From: Rubripirellula sp.
GTDB taxonomy: Bacteria > Planctomycetota > Planctomycetia > Pirellulales > Pirellulaceae
Assembly: GCA_965216875.1 (NCBI GenBank)
Contig: OZ244207.1
Coordinates: 4,896,001 to 4,960,000, forward strand
Reading direction: 5' to 3'
DNA length: 64,000 nt
Below, piece after piece: positions 29,978-39,608 of the stretch. The notes beneath the pieces are model-generated. The model saw only the letters and a program-made list of their open reading frames with translations. It was not told the origin of the DNA and made no database searches. Within the stretch, counting starts at the first letter, position 1, and each line of letters opens with the position of its first letter. Made by a program: the position numbers and the translations under genes.

Positions 29978-30943
29978 ATGAACTCGAACTCAGATACCCC
30001 TTCAAACGAACCTTCGCGGGTCGCTGGATTCCGGCGAGCCGTCTTGCGTGGGCTGGGTGTTGTCCTGCCGCCGCTGCTGACGATTGTCGTGCTGCTTTGG
30101 GCATGGAACACGATCGAGAGCTACGTTCTGCGGCCGATCGAAACCATGATCCGCCATGCGATCGTCTTGAGTATCGAAGAGACCTACGCCGAAGTGCCCG
30201 ATGGCGCAACTCGCGTGCCCGGAGCTCGGCGCCTTGATGGGTTCACCTACGACGGTACGCGGTTTGTCCCCGATCCGACCGGTCGACGATTCATTCCCGA
30301 ATACGTCAAGAAGATCGTCGACGAAAAGGCTGACTACTTTGGCCCCAATGCGCCCGCACCCGCCAGTGCCAAAGCGTATTGGCATCGTTATGTCGAAGTG
30401 GAGTACATGCCACGTTCGATCGTGCTGCCAGTCTTTTTGATTGTCTTCACCACCGCTCTCTATTTCCTTGGACGACTCTTTACCTTTGGACTCGGTCGCT
30501 GGTTCGTCCGCAGCTTCGATGCCGCGATCCTTCGGATCCCCGTCGTCAACAAGGTCTACGGGAGCGTCAAACAGGTAACCGACTTTGCGTTCAGCGAACG
30601 CGAGATCGAGTTCAATCGCGTCGTTGCCATTCAATACCCGCGTGAAGGGATTTGGTCACTCGGGTTCGTTACCGGTAACAGCATGAAAGAGATCACCGAA
30701 GCGACCGGTGAACCAATGCTGAGCGTCTTGATGCCAACCAGCCCGATGCCGATGACCGGCTTTACCGTGACTGTCAAAAAGAGCGAAGCGATCGACTTGA
30801 ACCTGACGATCGACGAGGCGATTCAGTTTGTCGTCAGCTGCGGTGTCGTCGTTCCTGCGCATCAGAGGATGGAGCTGACCATTGATGCATCGCCCAAAAG
30901 CACTCCGCCGCCCGCCCTCTCAACCGGCGAAGGCAAAGCGTGA
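29978..30943 (+). CDS. DUF502 domain membrane protein
   Basis: GLGVVLPPLLT, RIPVVNKVYGSVKQ, QYPREG.W.LGFVT, PTSPMPMTGF, VSCG. Confidence 0.9.
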   Translation: MNSNSDTPSNEPSRVAGFRRAVLRGLGVVLPPLLTIVVLLWAWNTIESYVLRPIETMIRHAIVLSIEETYAEVPDGATRVPGARRLDGFTYDGTRFVPDPTGRRFIPEYVKKIVDEKADYFGPNAPAPASAKAYWHRYVEVEYMPRSIVLPVFLIVFTTALYFLGRLFTFGLGRWFVRSFDAAILRIPVVNKVYGSVKQVTDFAFSEREIEFNRVVAIQYPREGIWSLGFVTGNSMKEITEATGEPMLSVLMPTSPMPMTGFTVTVKKSEAIDLNLTIDEAIQFVVSCGVVVPAHQRMELTIDASPKSTPPPALSTGEGKA

Positions 30944-31031
30944 CTGATCGAACGTAAGTAACGTCGTGCCGTTCGATGTTTTGAGCCGCGATCGCGGAAG
31001 CGGCCGCGCCTTGCAAACAGGCTGTGACTTT

Positions 31032-31256
31032 CCTGAGCCGAACGCGTTAGCGTCGGGCCTTACAAACAGGTTGTCACTTTCCTGAGCCGAACCCGCTAGC
31101 TTCGGGCCTTACACTCGCCCGACGCGTATGCGCACGACTGTCATGCGGAGCATGACCTACGAAGAGGACGCGGAGCGTCCAAGAGTGCGTTACCACGCGG
31201 AGCGGGGTAACGAGGGAGGTTCCGCGTAGGGGCGGGACGACAAACGCATGACCTAC
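31032..31256. repeat. REP-like cluster between DUF502 and rpoN
   Basis: Two tandem CCTGAGCCGAAC.CG.TAGC.TCGGGCCTT copies, GTCATGCGGAGCATGACCTAC, and a partial GCATGACCTAC overlapping the rpoN stop. Confidence 0.8.
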
Positions 31257-32746
31257 TTCTTGACCAGCGACCAGTCGCGGCGTTGACGACTGCTGGGGAT
31301 TCCCATCCGCTTGCGGTACTTGGTGACCGTTCGACGGGCGACAGCCATGCCCGCTTTTTTGAGCTCATCGACGAGTTTTTCGTCGCTGTGTGGGTCGCTC
31401 TTGTCTTCCTTGTCGATCAACTCTTGCAGCTTCAATCGAATGGTGTCCCAAGCGACGTCTTCGCCATCTTCGGTTTGCGTCCCGCCAACAAAGAAACGTT
31501 TCAGAGGCAGAATACCCCGAGGGGTTTGAATCCACTTGTCATCGACCGCGCGAGAGACCGTGGTGACGTGAACACCAACCTTGTCAGCGATCTGTTGCAT
31601 CTTCAATGGCTCGATCGCCTCGGGGCCTTCGTCAAGGAACCGCTTTTGGTGTTCGACAATCGCCTGTGCCACTTTGGTCAATGTACTGCGTCGCTGTTCG
31701 ATCGAATCGATCAACCACTGAGCGCTGTTGATTTTGTTTTTGATGAACTCGCGTTCTTCCGGCGTGCTGTTCGGATCTTGTAGCCGGCGGCGGTAATAGT
31801 CGCTGATGAAAAGCGTGGGCACGCGATCGTCATCAAGTCGAACGCTGTACTGACCCGTTTCATCCTGCTCGAGAATGATGTCGGGGGTGACATTGGGCAC
31901 GTACGTTTCCATGAACGCGGCACCCGGCCATGGATTCAACGCTCGCATTTCATCGCGAACCGTTTGTATCAGTTCAATGGAGTAGCCGGTCTTTTTCGCG
32001 ATCTGTGGCAAACGGTTTTCGGCCAAGTCGTCCATATGCGACTTGATCAACGTCCGCATCTCTTCAAAGTGCGGGAAGTCAGGCTTCATCTGCTTGAGCA
32101 AACACTCGCTCAGGTCACGCGCCGCGATCCCGGCTGGCTCGAGCGATTGGACGACGTCCAATGCGACCTTTGCAAGTTCGAGGTCTTCATCGGTGCTGCC
32201 GGCGGGCAACAGGTCGGCCAGTGGCGTTCGCAAGCGGCCGCCATCACGTGCATCGAGCGTGCTGATGATTCGCTCGGCGATCTGTTCGACGCGATCGTCG
32301 ATGTCCATCTCGGAGAGTTGGTGCAACAGAAAATCGTTCAGCGATTCGGGCCGCGACTGGGCATTAGCCATCAGGTCGTGGCGTCGGTCAGCATCTTCTT
32401 GGATGCGGTTGGCCGATCGACGAAACGAATCGTCAAAGGTGTTGGGCATCTCCGAGAGCATGTTTTGCAAACGCTCGAAGTCCTCTTGGTTGTCATGGTC
32501 GTTGTCGACAACCAATTCCTTTTCGTCTTCGCTGCGGGTGTCCTTGGTCGCTTCTTCGGTTCGCTCTTCGGGCGCCAGCGGATCGACGTCCTGCTGTTCC
32601 AGCAACGGGTTCTCGTTCATCTCCTGTTCGATGCGTTCCTGCAGCGCAAGCATGGGCAGCTGCAAAATCTCCATCGACTGGATCATTCGCGGCGCAAGCT
32701 TTTGCGTTTGGATTTGTCGGGCCTGGAGGCCCATCGACATTCGCAT
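31253..32746 (-). CDS. rpoN: RNA polymerase sigma-54 factor
   Basis: Q-rich region I (MIQSMEILQLP), HVTTVSRAV HTH, RpoN box ARRTVTKYR. Confidence 0.97.
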   Translation of the reverse strand: MRMSMGLQARQIQTQKLAPRMIQSMEILQLPMLALQERIEQEMNENPLLEQQDVDPLAPEERTEEATKDTRSEDEKELVVDNDHDNQEDFERLQNMLSEMPNTFDDSFRRSANRIQEDADRRHDLMANAQSRPESLNDFLLHQLSEMDIDDRVEQIAERIISTLDARDGGRLRTPLADLLPAGSTDEDLELAKVALDVVQSLEPAGIAARDLSECLLKQMKPDFPHFEEMRTLIKSHMDDLAENRLPQIAKKTGYSIELIQTVRDEMRALNPWPGAAFMETYVPNVTPDIILEQDETGQYSVRLDDDRVPTLFISDYYRRRLQDPNSTPEEREFIKNKINSAQWLIDSIEQRRSTLTKVAQAIVEHQKRFLDEGPEAIEPLKMQQIADKVGVHVTTVSRAVDDKWIQTPRGILPLKRFFVGGTQTEDGEDVAWDTIRLKLQELIDKEDKSDPHSDEKLVDELKKAGMAVARRTVTKYRKRMGIPSSRQRRDWSLVKK

Positions 32747-32923
32747 GACAGCGATCTCGTGAAAAAGCGAAACTTCCTTGACGTCTAGACACCCTTTAGA
32801 AGCGTCTAGTGAATCATAGGTCGCAGTCGGGTCGGAAATAGGTGCGAAAAACACCGCGTTTCACGGAAAAACTGGCATTCTCCCGGCTGACCCGCAACGA
32901 CTCTGCGAATTCCGTTCCATTTA

Positions 32924-33523
32924 TTATAGTTTTTGCCGCCCCGTCAATGCGTCCGCGATCATTTCGCGGTTGGCATACTCCAGAACACTGCCGGCGGTGA
33001 TTCCCCGGGCCAGCCGGGTGATTTCGACCGGAAACTCGCTCAAAAGGTTGCTGATATAGAGCGAAGTGCCGTCGCCTTCGACCGTCGGATTGGTCGCCAT
33101 AATGACTTCGACAAAATTTCCGGTTCTGACCCGATCGACCAGCGGATCGATGGTCAGTTGGTCAGGGCCGATGCCATCGAGGGGTGCAATTCGGCCAAGC
33201 AGGACGTGGTAAAGCCCCTTGAAAACGCCAGCCTGCTCGAGGCTCATCAGATCGCGCGGCTGTTCGACCACACACAACCGGGTGGTGTCCCGCGCCGGGT
33301 CCGAGCAGATCGCACAGGTTTCGCTCTCGGACAGATTGAAACAGCTGGCGCAGTAGCGAACGTCCTGGCGGACACGGCGGATCGACTCGGCAAGCGCCAA
33401 CGCTTCCTGTTCGCTCACACGAAGAATGTGAAACGCGAGACGCTCGGCACTTTTGCGCCCGATCCCAGGCAGCCGCCCAAGCTGTTCGACTAATTCAGCA
33501 ACCGCCCCGGCATGTTCGCTCAT
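32924..33523 (-). CDS. recR: Recombination mediator RecR
   Basis: LPGIGRKSAERLAF, C4 zinc finger CASC...CAIC, Toprim YHVLLG / ATNPTVEGDGT; TGATG coupling with ybaB. Confidence 0.97.
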   Translation of the reverse strand: MSEHAGAVAELVEQLGRLPGIGRKSAERLAFHILRVSEQEALALAESIRRVRQDVRYCASCFNLSESETCAICSDPARDTTRLCVVEQPRDLMSLEQAGVFKGLYHVLLGRIAPLDGIGPDQLTIDPLVDRVRTGNFVEVIMATNPTVEGDGTSLYISNLLSEFPVEITRLARGITAGSVLEYANREMIADALTGRQKL

Positions 33524-33879
33524 CAACCGCCACCAGTCAGGTTGGTCAACATCTTGTCGATGCCGGGCATGTTCAAATCCATGTCGGCAACCATTTGACG
33601 AATCGATTCGGCATAGAGCGCCTTGGCCGCAGCACCTGCCGCGTTGGTCGCTTCCAAAACCGCTTGTTCCAATTCGTGGCCTTCGATTCCTTCGGAAATG
33701 GTCACCGACTCGACATGCCCTACGCCATTCATGACGATCTGAACACGGCTGCATCCCGAGCTGGCACTGACCGTTTCGCCTTTCATGCGGTCGTTAAGCT
33801 CTTGCAGCTTTTCCGGCATTGCCTGAACTTGGCCCATGATCGAAGCGATATTGCCAAGGTTACCCAATCCTTTGAACAT
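33523..33879 (-). CDS. ybaB: YbaB/EbfC nucleoid-associated protein
   Basis: Conserved dnaX-ybaB-recR synteny; V.ASSG...V.IVMNG...LEQAVLEATNAA. Confidence 0.9.
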   Translation of the reverse strand: MFKGLGNLGNIASIMGQVQAMPEKLQELNDRMKGETVSASSGCSRVQIVMNGVGHVESVTISEGIEGHELEQAVLEATNAAGAAAKALYAESIRQMVADMDLNMPGIDKMLTNLTGGG

Positions 33880-33956
33880 TGGATCGATTCCTATTCCGTG
33901 TCAATTGTTTGTGAGGAACGTGTCTGGTTTATCGTAGCGATGAGGGCTTCAAATCA

Positions 33957-35828
33957 CTATCGCGGCTTGTCGATCCGCACAATCTCAGCTTCGAAGATCT
34001 CGATGCAAGATCGCACCGCCGGGTTGGATTCAATCTCACGCATCCGCTGCATGCGTGATGGCCGCTGAGCGGTCGGTTCTTTGGCCACAGCCTTGGCCTT
34101 GGGCGCGGCCATGTCGAGCTCCAAGGTGATTGCTCGACCTGCGACCTGAGAGACCGAATTGGCGATCGCCGTACGATGCTCCGGCAAATCACAACGACTC
34201 ATCGCCAGCTTCGACTCGGCCGGAAAAACCAACTTCAACTTGTCACTGCCAACGGGCACAACCGACTCGACTGAAAGTGCCAACGATTCGGTGATCGCTT
34301 CCAGTTGGCTGATTGCACTCTTCCAAACCTTTTGCACCGTCGGCGGATCCCAACGGTCGATCGAACGGCCAGAGGAGGGTGGAGCAAGCGTAGCAACAGA
34401 CGCGGACTGTGTTGCAACGGGCGCGGACTGTGTTGCGGCAGGCTGCGGTGTGGATTGCGACGGAGGGTGTGTTGATCCCGAAGTGGCTGGCGCTGAACTG
34501 GCTGCCCCAGCCGAAGGTTGCGGGTGGGCGGGGACAGACGCCGAGGAAACAGGCGAGGTCGGTGCAGATATGACCGGCGCTGATTGGGTTGGCGCGGTTG
34601 AGCCCGATTCAGACGCAGGCTTAGGCGCTACCCTGTTTTTTTTTTCGCCCGACGCTGCCGAGCCTGCTGCGGCCGCCAAGTCGGCGATGTTTTGCAAATC
34701 GGGGAGATTGCAGATTTGAATCAGCGTCGCTTCCAACAGCACTCGGCCGTAAACACTGTGTCGAATGCGGACGAGCGTTTGGTCCACCAACCCGACAACG
34801 GCCAACACCGTTTGTAATCCCCACTGATCACCGAGCGTCTTGAGTTCTTCGGCCAACGAAGCGGAGGTGTGCCGCTGCATCGATGCATCGCATCCGACGG
34901 TCACCGCCATCAAGTCTCGAAAGTACCCGAGCAATTGTTCGGCCAATCGTCCCGCATCGACTCCGGCATCGATCGCGGCGTCGAGTTGTTTCATTGCAGC
35001 CGATGCGTCGCGACCGGCCATTGATTTGGCAAGTGCATGAAGCCGTTCGTCGTCGGCGGTTCCCAACATTTGGTGAACCTGATCCGACGTCAGTTTGCCG
35101 TCACTAAAACTGAGGACCTGTTCGAGCAGCGATTGGCTGTCTCGCATGGAACCGGCGGCGCGACGTGCGATCAATTCAAGCGCGGCGTCTTCTGCTTCGG
35201 CCGATTCCGCCGTCACGATCTCGCGCAATCGCCCGACGATCTTTGTCACCTCGACGGGAGCGAAATCGAATCGCTGACAACGACTCAGCACGGTGATCGG
35301 AATCTTTTCCGGATCGGTCGTGCAGAAGATGAACTTCACATGTTCGGGTGGTTCTTCAAGCGTCTTCAAAAGCGCGTTGAAGGCCGGCGCGGTCAACATG
35401 TGGACTTCGTCGATGATGTAAATCTTGAACCGCGATCGACTCGGCCGAACACCAACGTTGGCGCGAAGACTTCGAATCTCGTCGATACCCCGATTACTGG
35501 CACCGTCGATTTCGATCACATCAACGTCTTCGCCCGCGTCGATCGCCTGGGCGACGTCGCTGCTGCCGTCCGGATCGGCCGTTGGCCCGCCTGGATCATT
35601 GAGCGCTTTGGCAAAGATCCGCGCCGTGCTTGTCTTGCCGACTCCGCGAGCACCGGTGAAGAGATAGGCGTGCCCGACGCGACTGGTTTCAATCGCGTTC
35701 TTGAGTGCGCGGCCGACGTGCTCTTGTCCAACCAGTTCATCGAAACCGCGCGGACGATAACGCCGCGCGACGACAACGTAGTTGCCATCTTTGGAGGAGG
35801 GATCGGGAGTGCCAGGAGAGTCAGTCAT
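33957..35828 (-). CDS. dnaX: DNA polymerase III subunit gamma/tau
   Basis: ARRYRP, GARGVGKT, EIDGASN, IIDEVHML, LLKTLEEPP, SRCQ, GSMRD. Confidence 0.97.
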   Translation of the reverse strand: MTDSPGTPDPSSKDGNYVVVARRYRPRGFDELVGQEHVGRALKNAIETSRVGHAYLFTGARGVGKTSTARIFAKALNDPGGPTADPDGSSDVAQAIDAGEDVDVIEIDGASNRGIDEIRSLRANVGVRPSRSRFKIYIIDEVHMLTAPAFNALLKTLEEPPEHVKFIFCTTDPEKIPITVLSRCQRFDFAPVEVTKIVGRLREIVTAESAEAEDAALELIARRAAGSMRDSQSLLEQVLSFSDGKLTSDQVHQMLGTADDERLHALAKSMAGRDASAAMKQLDAAIDAGVDAGRLAEQLLGYFRDLMAVTVGCDASMQRHTSASLAEELKTLGDQWGLQTVLAVVGLVDQTLVRIRHSVYGRVLLEATLIQICNLPDLQNIADLAAAAGSAASGEKKNRVAPKPASESGSTAPTQSAPVISAPTSPVSSASVPAHPQPSAGAASSAPATSGSTHPPSQSTPQPAATQSAPVATQSASVATLAPPSSGRSIDRWDPPTVQKVWKSAISQLEAITESLALSVESVVPVGSDKLKLVFPAESKLAMSRCDLPEHRTAIANSVSQVAGRAITLELDMAAPKAKAVAKEPTAQRPSRMQRMREIESNPAVRSCIEIFEAEIVRIDKPR

Positions 35829-35874
35829 CAGACGGGCCGTATCACTCCGATCTCACAAAATCGGCAATCTCCGT

Positions 35875-35986
35875 CTTGTTCGGGGGTGGTACCCCTTACA
35901 CAAAGCTACGCCGCTTATGGCTGCTCCAGTTAAGGCCTGACCAGGTTCACGACTCACAGTCGCAAGAGGCACCACCTCCGAACAAG
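35875..35986 (-). ncRNA. ffs: Bacterial small SRP (4.5S) RNA
   Basis: Minus strand long hairpin GGAGGTGGTGCCTCTTGC...GAACCTGGTCAGGCCTTAACTGGAGCAGCCATAAGC...GTAAGGGGTACCACCCCC with conserved TCAGG/AGCAG; lies upstream of dnaX as in many bacteria. Confidence 0.9.
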
Positions 35987-36164
35987 CGGGGGGCGGGAGA
36001 ATTTCCGCGGAGATTTCCCCCCTGTCGTTTCATTGGGACCGAACAGTCTACGGCAATCGTCGCTTGCCGAAAAGCCTCTGGTCCCGATTGAATCGCCGAG
36101 ACGATTCACTGGCAGTTTTGGCCCAGGAATGCTGGGCCAAAACAACCGAAAAGTCTCGTCGGGT

Positions 36165-37925
36165 CTACGATCGGCGTTTACCGCCGCGACCGCGTCCGCC
36201 ACCTTTTGACTTCTTGTGGTTCTCGATGTTGTTGTCGACCAACATCGAAACCGTGTCGAGCCAAGTGGGAACGTTGCCACGTTTGGAATCGTCGCCATCG
36301 CGGCTATCACGTCCACGCCGACCTCGACGCGAACGCGAGCGTGGTTCGTCATCATCGTCGTCGTCACGTGAGCGTCGCGAACGATCTTCGGCATAGCCGC
36401 GATCGTCGTCATCACGATCGCGATCACGCCCTCGCGATCGACCGCGTCGTCCGCGGCGAATCACTTCGGCTTCGACATCATCTTCATGGTCATCATCGAA
36501 CGCAGACGAATCGTCGTAGCTCTTTTCTGAATCGGAATCCGAATCGCGGCGTGCGTCCGAGTCACCTCGGCCTCGCCCGCGTCCGCCACGGCGTCCGCGT
36601 CGGCGCGAACGTCGCGGTTGCTCTTCGTCTTGCGAGTCGTCGCCGTCATCGTCGCGGCGCGAAACCAAGACTTCGTCATCAACCTCGTCGGCGCGATCCT
36701 CGTCATCGCGTCGATCGCGGTCATCCCGACGACCTCGACGACGTCCGCGCGGTTGTTCGTCGCGATCACGCTCAGCTCGCGCTTCGCCGCGTCGCGAACG
36801 ACCTCGTCCACGCGACTCTTCACCCGAATTGTCTTCATCGCGATCAGCGGAAGCTCGCGCCGACCGGTCACGCTCGGGCGATCGTTCTCGGTCAGATCGT
36901 GCACGATCGCCGGAACGTCCTCGACCGCGTCCATCACGGTCCGCGCGTTCTTTGCGTGGACGACGTTCCTCTTCCCGATCACCACTTTCTTGATCACCAC
37001 TTTCGGCGCGATCGAGATCTTCTTCGCTCATGCGTTGACGCTGACCACGTCGGCCGCGTCGGCTTCGGCCGCCACGCGAATCACGATCTTCGTCCCCTTC
37101 CTCACGTGAACGACGTCGGCGAGGTTGCTCTTCTTTGTCTTCCTCGCCTGAATCGCTTCGATCGCGAGAGCGTCCGCTTGGCTTGTCATCGCGCGAACGA
37201 TCGTCGTCGCGTGAGCGTCGTTCATCGCGGCGGCCACGGCGTCGTCGCGGTCGCTCTTTGGCATCGTCATCGCTACGGGAAACCGCTTCGGCAGCGGAAC
37301 CTGATTCGTCCTCACCCGACGGTTCTAGGGTAGCCGCCTCTTCGATCACTTCCGCGTCGTCGCTTTCGTCCACTGGTTCGGGGCCAAGGTCCAAACCCAA
37401 ACCGTCGCCAAAGCCTGAAGCTTTGCGTTTCTTGGTGGGCTTGGCCGATTTTTCCTGCTTCGACTTTGCGGGCTTCTTGAGAGCCTCGGTCACGACTGGA
37501 GATTCGCTTCGCGCCGGTGGCGCCGCAGGCTCAACGCCCAACTCGGCAGCCAAACCACCCCAAGCAGCATCAAGCTCGGAATCGTCTTCGGCGTTTTCCT
37601 CAGCAACCGGCTCGGCCTCTTCAGCCGGCTGAAAACCGGGCAACAACTTCTTGGGCACAACCGTCTTGAGAGCATCAAGAACGCTGCTTTCGGACTTCAC
37701 CTCGCCGTCGCTGGCTTCCGCTTCATCAGATGCTGCGGCTTCGACAGGTTCGGCAGTTTGTTTGGGATCGTTATCCTCGGTCGCTTCAGGCGGCGTGTCG
37801 TCTTGCTCGGCTGATTCGGACGCTTTGGCTTGGGCGTTGGCTTCTTTCGAATCTTCCTTAGGCGGATCTGCCGGGCCTGGGGTGCCCAGCAAATTGGCCA
37901 GGAAGTTCCAGTGGTCGGATTTCAT
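36165..37925 (-). CDS. Large low-complexity disordered protein (acidic N-half, R/D/E/S/G mixed-charge C-half)
   Basis: 586-aa ORF; short ordered-looking motifs DHWNFLANLLG, AWGGLAAELG, GFGDGL and NVPTWLDTVSMLVDNNIENH. Confidence 0.75.
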   Translation of the reverse strand: MKSDHWNFLANLLGTPGPADPPKEDSKEANAQAKASESAEQDDTPPEATEDNDPKQTAEPVEAAASDEAEASDGEVKSESSVLDALKTVVPKKLLPGFQPAEEAEPVAEENAEDDSELDAAWGGLAAELGVEPAAPPARSESPVVTEALKKPAKSKQEKSAKPTKKRKASGFGDGLGLDLGPEPVDESDDAEVIEEAATLEPSGEDESGSAAEAVSRSDDDAKERPRRRRGRRDERRSRDDDRSRDDKPSGRSRDRSDSGEEDKEEQPRRRRSREEGDEDRDSRGGRSRRGRRGQRQRMSEEDLDRAESGDQESGDREEERRPRKERADRDGRGRGRSGDRARSDRERSPERDRSARASADRDEDNSGEESRGRGRSRRGEARAERDRDEQPRGRRRGRRDDRDRRDDEDRADEVDDEVLVSRRDDDGDDSQDEEQPRRSRRRGRRGGRGRGRGDSDARRDSDSDSEKSYDDSSAFDDDHEDDVEAEVIRRGRRGRSRGRDRDRDDDDRGYAEDRSRRSRDDDDDDEPRSRSRRGRRGRDSRDGDDSKRGNVPTWLDTVSMLVDNNIENHKKSKGGGRGRGGKRRS

Positions 37926-38406
37926 AAATGTCGTGTGGATGAGAGGGTGGTTACGCGGGACCCGATCGCGAAAGCGTAGGGGCGTCTAGCGAGGGAGCGA
38001 CGTGCGAAGGGGGATGCAAAAGGGCATCACAACCGGAAACATCGCCGTCGTGTCATCAAATTGGTCGCGTAGAAATTCGTCCAACCGGTGCCGTCGCGTC
38101 AGGTCAGTATTTAATAGGATCAGAGCTGTCTTTTTTGCTCTGTGGGCTCTCGTGCTTTGACTATATGTATAGCTCGCGACGTTTTTTCCCCCAAGGCCAA
38201 GCAGCTTTTCTCAGCAGGGGCAAACGCGGATTCGGCCCCCCGTCCTGCTCGCAGAGAGCCACCTGATTGTGGCTTCGCTTGCGTCAGCCCCAGCGAATCG
38301 GGGACTTTCGGCCGGTTTTGGCGTTTCGAGTCGGCCCACTCCGACAAGCAACTTCGCGGCAAAGTTTTTTCACCTTCTTCATCTTTTTGTGACCCGTTCT
38401 GCCCCC

Positions 38407-39558
38407 ATGGCTGATTCCGCTGCTCGTCCCGTTCGACCTCTGATTGTTTTGGGCACCCGCCCCGAAGCGGTCAAACTTTCGCCAGTCATCCTTGAATGCC
38501 AAAAGCGAGCGGGAATTGCCCCGATTGTCTGTAGCACCGGCCAGCACCGCGAAATGCTCGCTCAGGTCCTGGGGTATTTCGGAATCGAACCTGAAATCGA
38601 CCTTGGTTTGATGAAGCCTGGGCAGACGCTCGCGGGCTTGACCGCCAGTTGTATGACGGCGGTCGATCACGTGATTTCCGAGCAACAACCCGATTGCGTT
38701 GTCGTCCAAGGTGACACGACCACCGTGATGGTCGCTGCCATGGCCGCGTTCTACCACCAGCTTCCGGTCGTCCATGTCGAGGCCGGACTGCGAACCGGCG
38801 ACTTGCTTGCTCCTTGGCCCGAGGAATTTAATCGCCGAGTGGCGGGGATCGTGACGGACCTGCACTGCGCCCCGACACAACGGGCAGCGGACGCGTTGCT
38901 AGCCGAGTCGGTCGATCCGGCTCACGTTCGCGTCACTGGAAACACCGTCATCGACGCTCTCCTGTTTACCGTCGAAAAGGAGAGGCAAGATGACTCGAGG
39001 TGGCGAGAGAAATACCCCATGGCCACCGGCGACTCGGTCGTCTTGATCACGGGACATCGTCGCGAGAATTTCGGTGGCGGCCTGCAGCAGACTTGTGGGG
39101 CGATTGCCGACCTTGCTCGTCTGCACTCGGACACCGAGTTCATCTACCCGGTCCACCTCAACCCGAACGTCAAAGGCCCCGTTCACGAGTTGCTCTCTGG
39201 GCTGGCCAACGTCCACCTCGTGCCACCGGCGGACTACAACGAATTCGTTTGGCTGATGGACCGCGCGGACGTTGTTCTGACTGATAGCGGAGGCGTCCAG
39301 GAAGAGGCTCCTTCACTCGGAAGCGCCGTGCTCGTGACTCGCGAAAAGACCGAACGACCCGAAGCGCTCGAAGCCGGCTTGGCTGAATTGGTAGGCACCG
39401 ACCGCGAATTGATCGTCAAGCGAGTCAGTGAGTCGCTTGCTGCAAAGGCTGACAAAACTGATGAGCAAGCATCAGTCGTCAACAACCCCTACGGCGACGG
39501 AAAAGCGTCTCAGCGGATCGCCGACTGGATCATCGAAGCTTACCGAACACAGACCTAA
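38407..39558 (+). CDS. wecB: UDP-N-acetylglucosamine 2-epimerase (non-hydrolysing)
   Basis: GTRPEAVKL, TGQHREML, VQGDT, HVEAGLR, TDSGGVQEEA, NPYGDG. Confidence 0.95.
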   Translation: MADSAARPVRPLIVLGTRPEAVKLSPVILECQKRAGIAPIVCSTGQHREMLAQVLGYFGIEPEIDLGLMKPGQTLAGLTASCMTAVDHVISEQQPDCVVVQGDTTTVMVAAMAAFYHQLPVVHVEAGLRTGDLLAPWPEEFNRRVAGIVTDLHCAPTQRAADALLAESVDPAHVRVTGNTVIDALLFTVEKERQDDSRWREKYPMATGDSVVLITGHRRENFGGGLQQTCGAIADLARLHSDTEFIYPVHLNPNVKGPVHELLSGLANVHLVPPADYNEFVWLMDRADVVLTDSGGVQEEAPSLGSAVLVTREKTERPEALEAGLAELVGTDRELIVKRVSESLAAKADKTDEQASVVNNPYGDGKASQRIADWIIEAYRTQT

Positions 39559-39608
39559 CAGCGTCGCGAGCATTTGCCTCCAACAAACTGGCGGTTGAAA
39601 GCAAAACT

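Noticed and set aside
36206..37333. 375-aa His/Arg-rich plus-strand ORF
   Set aside because: Antisense product of the low-complexity R/D gene; the His richness is a codon artefact.
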